From: Lama glama
Lineage: Eukaryota
NCBI GenBank assembly: GCA_028534125.1
Contig: CM052816.1
Location: 52,330,001 to 52,394,000, forward strand
DNA length: 64,000 nt
Reading direction: 5' to 3'
Each line of letters begins with the position of its first letter. Position 1 is the stretch's first letter. This document shows positions 46,390-59,686 of the stretch, in pieces. Under the pieces are notes generated by a model. The model was not told where the DNA came from, searched no databases, and saw only the letters and a program-made list of their open reading frames with translations. Position numbers and translations under genes: made by a program.

Positions 46390-49300
46390 GCTTATAGGAT
46401 GTAGTAAAAGCAGTGCTTAGAGGGGCATATATAGCATTAAGTGCATGTATTTAAAAAGAAGAAAGATCTAAAAATCAATAATGTAAGCTTCCACCTTGGG
46501 AAATTAGAAAAAGAAGAGCAACTTAAGCCCAAAGCAGGTAGAAGAAAAGATGAAGACTGGAGCAGAAATCAATCACACTAAAAACAGGAAAACAACAGAG
46601 AAAAGGAGAAAAATCACTGAAGCCAAAAACTCTTTCTTTGAAAAATACTAAAAAGAATTGATAAACTAGGCTAATTTTTTAAAAAAGAAATACAAATTAC
46701 CAATATTAGAAATGAAAGAGGGGTCATAACTACTGATAACATGGACACTTAAAGGAAAATAAAGGAATATTATGAACAACTCTATGTCCACAAACTTGAA
46801 ATGGACCAATTCCTTAAAAAACACACACTATAAAAACTCACACAAGGAGAAAGAGATAACTTGAACAGCCCCATATATATTAACAAAACTGAATCAATAA
46901 TTAATAACATTCCACAAATAAGTCACCAGGTCTAGATGGCTTGACTGATGAATTTTACCAAACATTTAATGAAGAAATGATCCCAATTCTCCACAATCTC
47001 TTCCAGAAAAAAGAAGCAGAGTAAACACTTCCTAATTCTATAGGATCAGCATTACTCTAATACCAAAACCAATAAAGACATTACAAGAAAGAAAAACTAC
47101 AGACCAATATAGTTTATGAACATAGAAGTAAAAATCTATAACAAAATATTAGCAAATTGAATCTAACAATGTATAAACAGAATTATACACAATAACCAAG
47201 TGGAATTTATACAGGTAAGCAAGGCAGGTTCACCATTTGAAAATTAATCCATACACCACATCAACAGACTAAAGAAGAATTATCATATAATCAAATCAAC
47301 TGATGCAAAAGAAAAAGCATTTGACAGGATCTAACATGTACTCATGATAAAAACTCTCAGCAAGCCATAAGCAGAGGGGAACTTCTCCAATTTGATGAAG
47401 ATTATTTATAAAATACCTACAATTAAAATTATACATTATACTTAAAGATGAGAAACTGGATGCCCTCCCCTCAAAGACTGGGACCAAGGAAAGGATGTCT
47501 TCTCTAACCACTCCTATTCAACATAGTACTGAAACTCTCACTAGTGTAATAAGAAAAGGAAATAAAAAAGAAAGAAAAATGTCTTTATTTGTGATGACAT
47601 ACTTTTCAATGTAGAAAATCCCCCAAAATTGACCCCCTCCTCCAATGGAAAAGTGAGTATAATAACAAGAATGAAGGATACAAGGTTAATATACAAAAGT
47701 CAAATGCTTTCTATATATTGGCAAGAAACAACTAGAATTTGAAATTTTAAAAAATACCTGACTGGGACATTGTGCTGTGCACCAGAAACTGACACATTGT
47801 AACTGATGGTACTTCAATTAAAAAAAATACCATTTACACTACACCTCAAAATATTAACTACATGGATATAAATATAACAAAATAGATATACAGGACCTAT
47901 ATGTGGAAAACTACAAAATACTGATGAATAAAATCAAAGCAACAAGACATCAGATTTATGTTTACCAGAAGTGAGAGTGAGGGGGAAGAAGAGTGGAGGA
48001 AAAACGAACTGGATGAAAGTAGTGAAAGGTACAAACATCCAGTTATAAGATAAATTAAGTGTTAGGGATGTAATGTACAACAAGATGAATATAATGAACA
48101 CTGCTGTATGTCACATATGAAAGTTGTTAAGAGAGTAAATCCTAAGAGTTCTCATCACAAGGAAAAAATTTTTTTTCTATTTCTTTAATTTTGCATCTAT
48201 AAGAGTTAATGGATGTTCATTAAACTTATGGTGGTAACCATTTTATGATGTACATCAGCCAAATCACTATGCTGTACACCTTAAACTTGTACAGTGCTGT
48301 ATGTTAATTTTATCTTAATAAAACTGAGAGAAATAAAAGTAAAATAAAATGGATGAGACATAAATGTAAAATGCAGTATTATAAAACTTCTTGAAGAAAA
48401 CATAAGAGAAAATCTACATAGCTTTGGGTTTGATCATGAATTTTTAAATACAACATCAATGGCATGAAAGAAAAAAAAGTGATAAGCTGGACCTTATCAA
48501 GGTTAAAAAATCTGCTCTGAAAAAGACACAAGAAAATGAGAAGACAAGCCACAGAATGGGAGAAAATATTTGCAAAACATGTTATCTGATAAAGGAATTG
48601 TATCCAAAACTCACAAAGAACTCTTAAAATTCAGTAATTGGAAAACAAACAATCCAATTTAAAAATGGGCATAAGTTCTAAACAGATACCACTCGAAAAA
48701 AGATACACAGTTAGAGCATATATTAAAGTGCTCAACATCATTTGTCTTTAGGGAACTACAGAGTAAAACAATGAGGTACCATTTTACATCTATTATAATG
48801 GCTAAAATCCAAAAAACTGACAGTACCAAATGCTGCAGGGGTACCAAACAGCAGGAATTCTCATTTACTGCTGCTGGGAATGCAGAAGACAGTTTGGTAG
48901 TCTCTTACAAAACTTAACATAGTCTTACCATATGATCCAGCAATCATACTACTAGGTATTTACCTAACTGATTTAAACTTTTATGTCCACACAAGAACTT
49001 ACATGTGAGTGTTTATAGCAGCTTTATTCATAACTGCCAAAATTGGGAACATCAAGATGTCCTTCAGTAAGTGAATGGATAAATAAACTCCAGCACATCC
49101 ATGCAAAGGAATATTATTCTGTGATATAAAAAATGTAATCAAGCCACAAAAAGATGGATGAATCTTACATGCATATTGATAAGTGAAAGAAGCCAGTCTA
49201 TATACTGTAATGATTCTAATTTTATGACATTCTGGAAAGGGTAAAACTACAGAGACAGTAGACACATCACTGACTGCCAGTGGTTTGGGGTAGAGGAGGG

Positions 49301-50030
49301 TTTAACAGGTAAGGCAGAGTGGATTTTTTAGGATGGTGAAACTATTCTGTATAATATTATAATGGTGAATACAAGACATTAAGTATGTTTCAGTACCCAT
49401 AAAACTTTACAGCACAAAAAATAAACCTCAATATATGTAAATTTTAAAAATATTTAGGATAGGGCATCTCAGAATGCAGAATATGAGGGGAAAAAGTCTA
49501 AATGAATTACAAATATGTAAAACCACCATACTGAGGGCATGGAGAAATAAAGTGCTTCCTTTGGAAATCAGTGGAGTCTAAAGGCAAAAGGAACACAAAC
49601 ATTGTATCTAGTTGATAAAGTTGTTTCTCATGGGGGTGTGGGTTAATTCTGAAGCCATCATACATGTATGCTAGAATTAAAATTAAATAAATGGATGGCT
49701 GATGGTAGGAGCAAGGTTTCCCACTTTTGGAGGGAAAATAGATAAGCAAGGGGAGGAAGTTAGAATGACCCATGTGGTAATGGATTTGAGTTGGAGACAT
49801 CAGTATAAACTCATGTTTGGCTTAATATGGACACAGATGGTTACACATTTGTACTAATTTTTTATTTGAAATGTTTATAGATATTAGCATAAACATGTAT
49901 CTCTTGCTCCATTAGCTGAGAAGGCCTAAATGCAAAATGTCTTGGTGGCAACAACGGAGCACACTAGTGCCCAGATCTTGGTTATCTGAGGTTATCTTCC
50001 CTTAAATCAAGAACCAAGATAATTATTGAC
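46390..50030 (+). mobile_element. Old L1 (L1MB/MC-type) ORF2 + 3'UTR with nested younger L1 ends at 47759-47821 and ~47940-48350
   Basis: Continuous degenerate ORF2 motifs (ccaggtctagatggcttgactgatgaattttacc; gatccagcaatcatactactaggtatttacc). Confidence 0.8.
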
Positions 50031-50462
50031 TCTAGGAAAAACACAAAACTATATAATAAAGGTAGTATCATAACAATATACTACCTGGCTCAGCTTTAGA
50101 TACTTAAATGATATAAACACTAAATAATGATTTAACTAAAAGTTAACATAGAACTAATTTGCAAATCTAAAGGAGGGGAGAAGTGCCATGTTTAAATATG
50201 GAGGCTGGTGTAACAAACCTAAACTCACATCTTCTATAAAAGGAAGGTGGTAAGTAATATCTAAAACTGGTAGTATCGGGGTAGGGAGGAGAGATAGCTG
50301 TATAAGTAAGCAAGTTATTTAGAAACTTAGAGGTGAAAAAGAGTTGACTGTGGAGCAGCCTTTCTCAATGAGGGTTCTGTGAGAGGCTTAAGCCTTAATG
50401 CCCTAAGGCATTCACTTTATGTAATGAATTAACATCTTTCCTATGTATCTGAAGTGTCAGTG

Positions 50463-50690
50463 CAGTTGACCCTTGAACAATGGGGTTTGGGCACTGACCG
50501 TCCATGAAGTTGAGTGTAATTTATAATCAGCCTTCCGTATCCATGGTTCCTTAGCATCCAAGTTTCCTCCGTACCCATTGATTCAACCAAGCAGGAACGT
50601 GTAATATTGTAGTACTTATTTACTATTGGAAAAAAATCCACATATAAGTGGACCTGCAGTTCAAACTCGTGTTGTTCAAGGGTCAACTAC
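50463..50690 (-). mobile_element. Tigger2/MER8-like MITE
   Basis: TIRs cagttgacccttgaacaa / ttgttcaagggtcaact. Confidence 0.85.
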
Positions 50691-51479
50691 AGGCGTAAAT
50701 CATCTTTGGGGGAATTGAGAAAAGTTACTCAAATTATTCTCAGTGTTTGTGAGTCCAATGAGGAACACTGAGAAAAGCTGCTTCTGAAGAGAGACTCAGG
50801 GGAGAGGATGAGGGCAAAGGGCTATTGTTTTTGAATAAAATTCTTGTAGTATTATTTGACTCTTTAAACTATGTATAGGTATCCCTTTGATAAACATAAA
50901 CATTACATTAAAAATAAATATATTAGCAAAATGTAGTAAAAAATCTGAATATAGAACATAGAAAAAAATAAAGAACAGAAATGAAAGTCTAGAAACAGCT
51001 CCTCATTAGAAAAAGACAATTTTTCTTTAAAATTATGGATTTTATTAAATAATATCTACTTATAGAGTATTTCTAAGTAGCAGTGTACTACTAAGTATTA
51101 TGTTATCTGAGGCACCTAAAAGATACAACAAAAGGATAATTAAATAATAATATAGTCTAACAATTTGTAAAAGGTATGACATTGAAACCTTTTGACCGAA
51201 AATCTTATTAAACTGCACGTACTTTTCATTCACTTACTGTGCCAGTAATCTTCCCTGTACAGAGACACGAAAGAAATACAAGACATACTCCCTATTCTAA
51301 GTTTATTTATGTGTGATAACTTGTTTTAGGTAGTATCTTTACTCACTTGGCCATGTATGTATTCACAGATTTACAAACAAATATTTACTTTGCAAAAAAT
51401 GTTTTTTAAAAATCTCTTCATGACTAAAATCAAATTGGCAGCAACATGGGAGATTTATCATCAGAAAACAACAAAACCA

Positions 51480-51905
51480 AGAGTAAGGAGACTCCTAAAA
51501 TGGTTAAGGTGAGAGGTGATGAGGGCCTGAACTGAGACAGGGCAGATAGAAAGGAAACATATAAAAGTAGCTAAAGAATGGGAACTTTTGGAGAGTGAAA
51601 GCGAGAGAGAAAGCTAGGATTACTGCCAGGTTGCCATCGTGAGTGACTGGGTAGACACTGGTACCAGTGACCATGACAGGCAACACAAAGAGGAGCAGAA
51701 CGGAGGGAAAATATGAGTTCATGTTTGGACTGATGTTTGAAGTACCTTGAGAACATCCCAGGGAAAATGTCCAATAGGTAGTTGACTATAAGGATCTGGA
51801 ATGCAGGAGAGAAGTCTGAGATAGATAAAAGATTTCGGAATTGGTAGTATATAGCTGTTAATAGATGAAATCACCTAGGAAGAGAATATAGAAGAGGACA
51901 GGAGC
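51480..51905 (-). mobile_element. L2 fragment hosting ZFYVE16 exon 2
   Basis: Minus strand CTCTCCTGCATTCCAGATCCTTATAGTCAACTACCTATTGGACATTT...TCCAAACATGAACTC is the characteristic L2 3' region. Confidence 0.8.
51746..51874 (-). other. ZFYVE16: ZFYVE16 non-coding exon 2 (L2-derived 5'UTR exon; alternative internal acceptor gives 51746-51795)
   Basis: Acceptor TTCTCTTCCTAG|GTGA and donor CAAG|GTACTT. The sequence resembles the recalled human ZFYVE16 5'UTR. Confidence 0.65.
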
Positions 51906-52756
51906 CTGACATCAGGTAACTAAAGGTCACAATTGGTGTTCCTAAAGCCACTCTGAAAAAACCTGCCCAGAGTACTTCCACAGAAAAATATCCAATATAT
52001 ATGTTAAAAGACAAAAAATCAAATTGCAAAACTTCATGCATAGTACAAACCCAGTTTTAGAAATAAGTTAATATACATATAGTATTATTAGCAAAAGGCA
52101 AGGAAAAAAACATAGAGGAGCAAACACCAAACTGTTAATAATGCAGTCAGATTATGCAAACTCCTCACATCTATATTCTATGTCCTTATAGTTGTTTTTT
52201 TTTTTACAAAAATATACTACTTCTGTAAACAAGAAATAATTTTGTTCCTTTCCTCAAAAAAAAAAGGATAGCATATATCCTTATAATATAAAAAGATAAT
52301 ATTAATCTGTTAGAAAAACACTTGGACAATGGACTATAAATGGGCAAGTAATATGAACAGATAACTAGTAGGATTATGAAAAAACATTCAATGTATGATC
52401 CACACTATCAAAGTGACATGAATTAGAACACATACCATTCCCTGAATATAATCTTTTTAATAATAAAACTACTCAATGTTTTGATAAGCATCTGATAAAA
52501 AGAGCATCTCAGACACTGATGATAGGAAGTTCTCTCAAGGGAACAATGTGACAATATGCATCAATAGCCTCAAAAAGATTCCTAACATTTGCTCTAATAA
52601 TTCTCTTTTTAGAAATTCAAGAAAATAATCTAAAATAACTGAAAACATGGCAGACAAAGATATTTCACCAAATCATTAACTGAAACTATCTAAACACCAA
52701 CATTAGGACACAAAATTATACAGGCATCAAAAGTAATGTTTATGTCTATCAAAGCC

Positions 52757-52872
52757 TTTATTTGGGGGGGGGATTAGATATTTATTTATTTATCTTAATG
52801 GAGGTACTAGGGATTGAACCCAGGATCTTGTGCACGCTAGGCATTCACTCTACCACTAAGCTATACCCTCCA
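52757..52872 (-). mobile_element. tRNA-derived SINE (vic-1-like)
   Basis: GGAGGGTATAGCTTAGTGGTAGAG...CCTGGGTTCAATCCC on the minus strand. Confidence 0.85.
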
Positions 52873-53043
52873 CACTTCAAAAAAATTTTTGAGTACATAC
52901 TCTATGACTTAGCAATTCTACTTCTAGAGAAACACTAGCAATTATGCACAAGAACACATCACAAAGAACTTTCAACATTGCAATGTTTGTAAAAGTGAAA
53001 CATGCAAAAACCTAACAGTTCATCAACACAAGAGTGGTTAAAT

Positions 53044-53490
53044 CAGCTTTCTCAAACTGGACTGAGGACCTCTGGAAGCTCCAAGAGCTTTTAGGGTGTG
53101 AGGTCCTTCTAGTTCCAAATACCTATCTGTGCAAGAATGGATTTTCTTAATATGCTTCAGCCTAAACAAGGTAGCACACCAGACTGAGGGAAAAGCAAAT
53201 ATGGGAATCTAGCTGTCTCCTGTAAAGCCAAACGTTAAAGTAAAGTGATCTGCAAAAATGAAAAACAATGCCACCTTTCTCACTAAATATTTTAAAGAAA
53301 ATACAGCTATTTTAAACTATATTATTTAATTCAGTATATAATGGGTTTAATGTTATTTTTAAATAAATAAGTAAAAATTTTCAAATTTTCTAAGTTTTAA
53401 TTTCTAAAATGGTACATATCCTGTATTAGAAAACAAAAATTATTTTAGTCCTCAGTAATTTTTAAGTGTGTAAAGGGATCATGAGACCCA
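53044..53490 (+). mobile_element. hAT-Charlie (Charlie4/MER80-like) element
   Basis: Collinear with the copy at 33762-34193. Confidence 0.65.
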
Positions 53491-54199
53491 CTGGATTAAA
53501 TAAACTGTGATACTGTAATTATAACTGGAGATGATAATTAAATGGGAATCTAGTTTTATCTGTAATGTAACTGTTTCAAAAGATATTTTGCTCATTAATC
53601 ACTTGTGTAATCAAAAATCATAAAGTTATGTTTATGAAGTTTTTTTTAACAACACGGGGAAATGCTTAAAATATAATTTTAAGCAGGAAACACAGGCAAT
53701 CCAACTGTATATAAAATCTCAGGAAAACGCCATGGGAAAAAAGACTCAAAGGTAAAAAGTCAGAAATAACTGTTGATGATTACCTTTAAATGTGGAATTA
53801 TAGTTTATTTCCCCCTATTCTTTATTATATTTAAAAAATATTTACACTGAACATGCAGTTTAATATTCAGGCGCCAAAAATGGGAAGAAATTTTAGGTAA
53901 AAAATTATATATAGTTCTACTAGATCAAACCACTTAACTTCTGCCAACTCAAAAGACAAGCTCAAAATAATACATTGAGGAACCTAATTCGACCAACGAA
54001 CTGCCTGTCTTGTTAAATGAAAAACATTAAGTTAACAAATTTATGGGCTGGTTCCCATACGAGTCAAACAAACAAGAACATTCTCAGTCTAACATACAAT
54101 AATATGCAATCACGGTAGTACAAATCAGTTAATAGTTTAAAAGTTAGGTCATCTTTTACAATTTGTCGAAGGTACCAAAGAAAAGGCAACGGGAAGGAA

Positions 54200-55320
54200 C
54201 AGTACAGCGGCCTTCTGGTCTAAAACTATGAGAAAACGCATCGGTGCGGGAATGGGCTTTGCGAGAGCACGGGCGGCGATGACAGATTCGTCTGCGGGGG
54301 CCGAGTCCTTTCAACGCAGAGGCTACCACTCCCGCCGCGGGAGCAACAGCCCCACTGCAGGCGCAACAGCCCCACTGCAGGCGCAGCCCCTCCCCTGCCT
54401 GGCAGGCGGCCCTGGGGGCGCTTCTCACCCCTACCTTCCGCGGCTCCGGGGTCGTTACCCCGGTACCGCAGAGCACTCGTGGCGGCCCCAGTGGGTTGGA
54501 CCCGGCAAACAGCCTCCGAGATGGCTCTCCCGGCCTGGTCCGGCCCTCCAGGTTTTACCGAGGGGCCGCGAGGTTTGAGAGTCCAGATTTCCCGACCCGC
54601 CCAGTGGGCTCGGAAAAGGAATGGGTCCGGGGCCCAGGCTCGGCCCCTGGAAGGACAGGAGGGCCAGGCCCAGCGCCCTGCACAGCGAGACCAGAGGCCA
54701 TCCCGCCCCCTCCGAGAGGGCAGCAGGGGTGAGGAGAGGCCAAGACGCCTGTTTCAGGGGGCTCTTACCTCTCCACACCCCTGCGGAGCTCTTAGAGGAC
54801 TTGACGCGACACCGCGCTGACGAGTGAAGAGCGACCCCGGCCGGGAGTCCACGGAGTGCGCGACGTCGACTCAAGGTTTGTTTCCACCCCCAAGCCCTCA
54901 ACCTGGGGAAGAGTAGGTAGCGCAGGCGCAGAGGAGGCTTTCTTTTGGCTCTCATGCCCCCTCCCTCCATGTCCGCGGCCTTCCCAGTCCGGCGGCGCCT
55001 GCGCGATGCTTTGCGGAGTCTGATCCCTGGGCACCCGACTTCTTACCGGAAATGCCTACGGAGGTGCTAGGGTGATGGGGAAGCCTGAAGATCGGCCGTA
55101 GGTCGGGACTCGGTTTCCCGCTAGAGGCCCTGGAGCCGGGATCGGAAAGCGACCTGCGTCAATGTCCGGCTTCTTTGCCCTTCGCTGACCTAGACGCAGC
55201 TTCCCCCCGCCCCCAGCCTTCTGTGTCCACGGGGTCGGCGCGTCGCTCCGGCCTGTACCGGACACACCCGCCTGCCCGGCAGCCAACCCAGCCTGCTCCT
55301 CGCGCTGCTGTCCTCCCGGA
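54200..55320. promoter_or_regulatory. CpG island / TATA-less ZFYVE16 promoter
   Basis: Abrupt GC- and CpG-rich segment in AT-rich surroundings. NRF1-like GCGCAGGCGCA (54920-54930) and GCGCCTGCGCG (54995-55005); ETS-like CCGGAAAT (55046-55053). Confidence 0.9.
54769..54870 (-). other. ZFYVE16: ZFYVE16 non-coding exon 1 (5' boundary/TSS approximate)
   Basis: Lies in the CpG island and ends at a consensus donor GAG|GTAAGA (intron starts at 54768). No ATG. Resembles the human 5'UTR as I recall it. Confidence 0.75.
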
Positions 55321-56023
55321 ATACCTCACTTTTGCTTCAGACTGGTTTTACACCCTCCGCCTCCACCGGCAGCAACAAAAATGTCCCTAACCCACTCTTG
55401 AGTCTCAAGCCCTCCAGCTGACTCTTCATTCGCAAGGGCTAGGTCTTTTCCTTTCATAGCTTTAGTTCTGCTTTTCTAGCAGTGGCCACGAGAACAGCTG
55501 CCTCCCTTGTCTAAAAACAAAAGCTAAGTAATTTGGAGAAGTAAATGTCAATCATGTGATGCATATTTGTGCTTGTTGAGCTTTAGTATTTTCACCATGT
55601 TTCCTATAAATTTAAATGAGGGAAGAGACATTTGTATGGGGTTAGAGTATCAGTACAGACTGGGGGATATGTTCAAGAGTTACAGTAATTGAGTAGTATT
55701 TCAATCAGTTGTAATTTATGGTAAAGATTTGAGAATCAGGGTTCAAATCTCAAATCTGCAACGTGGACAACTATAGTTTGTAATTTTTCATAGGTGTGTA
55801 GTCTTCATTTTCCTAAACTCTGAAATGAAACTATGTGGCTTTAGTTTAACAATGAAACTTTCACTGATTGCTTATAATAATTTATGGAGCATCTGCTGTG
55901 CGACAGACATTGTGCTAGATGCTTTGCTTAGGTTATCTCAATAATTCTGTGAAGCTCATACAGTATGCATTTACTATGTGTCTCTCAGGTGCTGCTCACA
56001 GACAAGTAAAGTGGGGTCACTAC

Positions 56024-56502
56024 TGTTAGAGTTCTGGATTAAGTTTTTGGGGGCAAAATGAGGACTTTAGCCAGGAGACAGTATCCCAGAAAGCTCTGAG
56101 ATACTTCCGAGGAGGCAGGGGAGAACTCAGTATTATATGTGATTTAAGTGAAGAGGGGGTTGTATGCACAATCAAGCACACACTTAAGCAGAGGCTTGCT
56201 GCTAGTCATGAGTAGCAGTTGTCACCACTGATGAATTAGTGTTTTTCTATATAGGAAGAGATGCAAGAATTTGGGCTCATAAAATCTTCTGAAAATATCT
56301 AACTATCTGAAGGCCTGTTCAGCCAGTTTTCCCAGAGCACAGAGTGCCTCATTTCTTACCTCCATCCTGAACTCATTTTAGGGTGTGTTGGAGGTCAGTG
56401 TTTGCAGTGGCTCACAATTTAATCCAAGCAGAGTTAGATGACAAGTGCCAACGTGATCCAATCCTTGTAGAGCAGATGGCAAGTGCCAATTTTTAGTCTG
56501 CA
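56024..56502 (-). mobile_element. Solo ERV1-type LTR (MER41-like of artiodactyls)
   Basis: TG...CA termini with 4-bp TSD CTAC (56020-56023, 56503-56506). Family name and orientation are from recall only. Confidence 0.75.
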
Positions 56503-58335
56503 CTACCCTTATAGAAACAGTCTAACAGCCAAGATGCATGTGTATATTTGAAATAGAAGTAGTTATATTGTACAGTGTGAGGACAAACACTAGAAATAGA
56601 AAACACTAAAACCTTAAACAGATAAACGGGAAAAGTATATACATGAACAGTAAATTCACAAAATAGGAAATTTAAATGCCTTCTGCATATTTTACTGATG
56701 TTCAAGTTCATTAATAATGAAAAGAAGATGAAAAAAAATTTCCCATAGATCTAATTAGCCAGTTTGTTTATATTGTGAATAAACTCCATTGGTGAGGATA
56801 GAGTGAAATGAGTACTCACATCCTGTTGGGGATATAAATTAGGAGAGAGATTTTGGAAAGTAACTTGTTGAATCATATCAAGAAATATTCACATGACCTA
56901 ATTTAGTAACTTCTCTTTTGGAAATTATAAGGAGATATTTCAGAATACAAAGATTGATATGAGTAACAATAAGGAAATAAGGTATCAAAAACTCAAATAC
57001 CTTTCACATATAAATGAAGTTGTGCTCAGTAATCACATTTTCTTTTATGGATATTTCCTCTTTACAGTGCATTAATACTAGGAGTTGTAAGGACTATAAA
57101 GATGGTTAAATTATGATCGTTTTTTCTGAAGAAGTTCACAACCCATTGTGTCATTCTTTTGCTTATTAACATAAATAGTTGAGAGATTGCTGCAGTATAA
57201 TAAAATTACAGGACCTTTGTGTAGAATCTTGGTCAGTTAAATTTTCTGTGATTTTCTTTGTTTGAAATGAATAAGAAAGCTACACATCAAATGCAATGTC
57301 AGATAAATATTAAGGAAAAAGAGTCTTTGGCATAATTCAAGTAATAATGAAGGAAATGTCCCATGTATCATCTTTGAACTAAAGATTCTAGTAAATGATT
57401 TCTTGAGGAAATCATCCTATTTATAACATATTTGGCCAGTTTATCCTTAGACTAACTAGTCATTACTTGGATCATCAGTTTTTATTATTCTGAAAGGTAA
57501 CTAGAATCTTGATAATTTTAAGAGGCTTAAATTCTTTTGTAATATGAACTTCTGAAGCTGTCCCCTTTTCAAAAGTAAACTGGGTGGAGAAAATACCAGA
57601 AGTACATGAAAATAACTATTACAATTATTTATCTGTTTCATGGCTAGTCTTAGACCTACAGGCAATTTTAGAACTAGGGATTCATTGCTCCAGAATACAG
57701 AATGTGACCTGGAACCGTTAGTTAACCATTAGTATTGAAGTGCTACATAACCATGTTCAGACACCCAGGTCATAAGGAAAAGAGCCAAACCTCTTTTTAG
57801 AAAATTGTCTGCTGGTCCAGGGTCAGTTAGTTCAGCTGTTTGGAACAATGTCACTAATGAAGAAATGGTTTTAATTTTGGTGACCATGAGAGCTAGTTTT
57901 TTAAAAAGCATAGAAAAAGTTTGGAAGGAAATCCACTAAAATATTAACTATGACTACCTTTGGAATGTGAAATTATGAGTGATTTCTCCCCCTTCTTTCT
58001 AGTGTTCCATATTTACCAGTGAGAACATATTACGTTAACAGTACAAGAGGAAAGGGGGTGGGGGGTTTGCCAAGAAAAAAATATCCAAAAGGAAAAATGG
58101 AATAATTCCTTTTTAAAAAGTATTGCTGAATTTGTAGTTGACCCAACCAATTACCTTACATTCATTATGCAACCTCTATGTACAAAATATTGTATGACTG
58201 GGAGTCATAAGAGAGAAATAACCCAAAAGGTTGTATGAACACTTGTGTCTGGATGCTGTCTTAGAAGTGTGCAAGGTACAGTCATTCCCAGAGCTCAACT
58301 TTAATACAATTTCAACATCATGACACAGGTTCTCC

Positions 58336-58755
58336 TGTTGAGGGAGTCAGAATTCTTTGCCAATTATTTCTAGTTACCTTTTCTGGGCGTGTGATGGCAA
58401 TGTACCTCCTGGCCCCCTTTTGGTTGACTAGGGCCATGTGACTGATTTAGGGAAATGAACTGTGAGAAGTGACATGTGTCTTTCTAGACTGGACATTTTA
58501 CTTACGAGTGTGAGGCATTCTAGAACCTCCTTTCCCTCTGGCGCAGCAATAGGCGAGACTTGATACTGTGACCACTTCATTAGTCTGAGTTCTTGAGGGA
58601 TTCCAGAGCACTTCTAGAACAAGAAATAAATCTTGTTGTATGCCACTGAGATGTTGGGGGTGACTTGTTACTGCAACATAGTTCAGCCTGTCAATGGCAG
58701 ATAAACTTTGATCTAAGCCTCTGAGATTTGGGTGTGGCTATTCTGAATGACACAG
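58336..58755 (+). mobile_element. MLT1-type LTR
   Basis: gggccatgtgact...aatgaactgtgagaagtgac...gaaataaatcttgttg...gccactgagat. Confidence 0.75.
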
Positions 58756-59189
58756 AGAAAGTGTCTCAATGAGTATCTGCAGCAGCATTGTTTCCTAATG
58801 TTTTTCCTTTACACGTGAATTATTCTGTACTTAATTATTATGACTTGCCAGGTAAATGTATTTTGTTGTAAATGCATGCTTAACGTCTGCTACAACTCAG
58901 AGTGACAGTGATTTTTTTTTTTGATGAAAAATTTCAATCACATGTGAAAGTAGAGAGACTAGTGCAGTAGAACTCTCAGCTTCAACATCAATTCACAGTC
59001 ACAGATCTGATTTTATCTATAAAATCACCCACTCTGCCCCTCCCCCCACACCTCAATTATTTTGAGGCAAATCTCATTTATCATACCTTTTCATCTATAA
59101 ATTTTTCTACACATATTTAAAGGATAAGCACGGTTACAAAGTAGGAATAATAATACAATGATCCTTTTCTATTCAATATCTAACTTCCT

Positions 59190-59686
59190 TGCCAGAGAAT
59201 AGGTTCTTGCCTTGCACAGGAAAGAATTCAAGAGCAAGGCAAAGTGAAAGCAAGTTTATTTAGAGAGATACACACTCCATAGACAGAGTGTGGTCTGTCT
59301 CACTCAGAAGAGAAAGTGGCTTGGGAGATACACACTCCATAGGCAGGATATGGGCCATCTAAAAAGGGTGAGAGGGAGAGAGGCTAAGAGGTGCAGAGTT
59401 GTTCTTTTTTATGGGCTTGGTAATTTCACATGCTAATGAGTAGGAGGATTATTTCAACTATGTTGGGGAAAGGATGAGGATTTCCAGGAAACGTGTCCCC
59501 CCCACTACTTTTTGACCTTTTACGGTCAGCCTAGGAACTGTCATGGCACCTGTGGGTGTGCTGTGGGGCTCAAAGTCTGCTGGAAGTTGAATCTTCCGCC
59601 GTCTTGGTTGTAAACAGTCTGTCCTGTCCTCAGCTGCTGTGTCATTCCTTCAGTAGTTGTGCCCTGTCTCCTTCACTCCTGTCTCA
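59190..59686 (-). mobile_element. Solo ERV1-type LTR (LTR39-like) within old L1MC/ME 3' fragments (~58910-60500)
   Basis: ggaaagaattcaagagc...gcaagtttattt...catgctaatgag...cctgtctca; TG..CA ends, TSD unclear. Confidence 0.7.

Noticed and set aside
54156..55390. Cluster of overlapping ORFs on both strands; possible divergent gene
   Set aside because: Expected from stop-codon scarcity in a CpG island. No recognisable protein, and no convincing plus-strand exon structure downstream.
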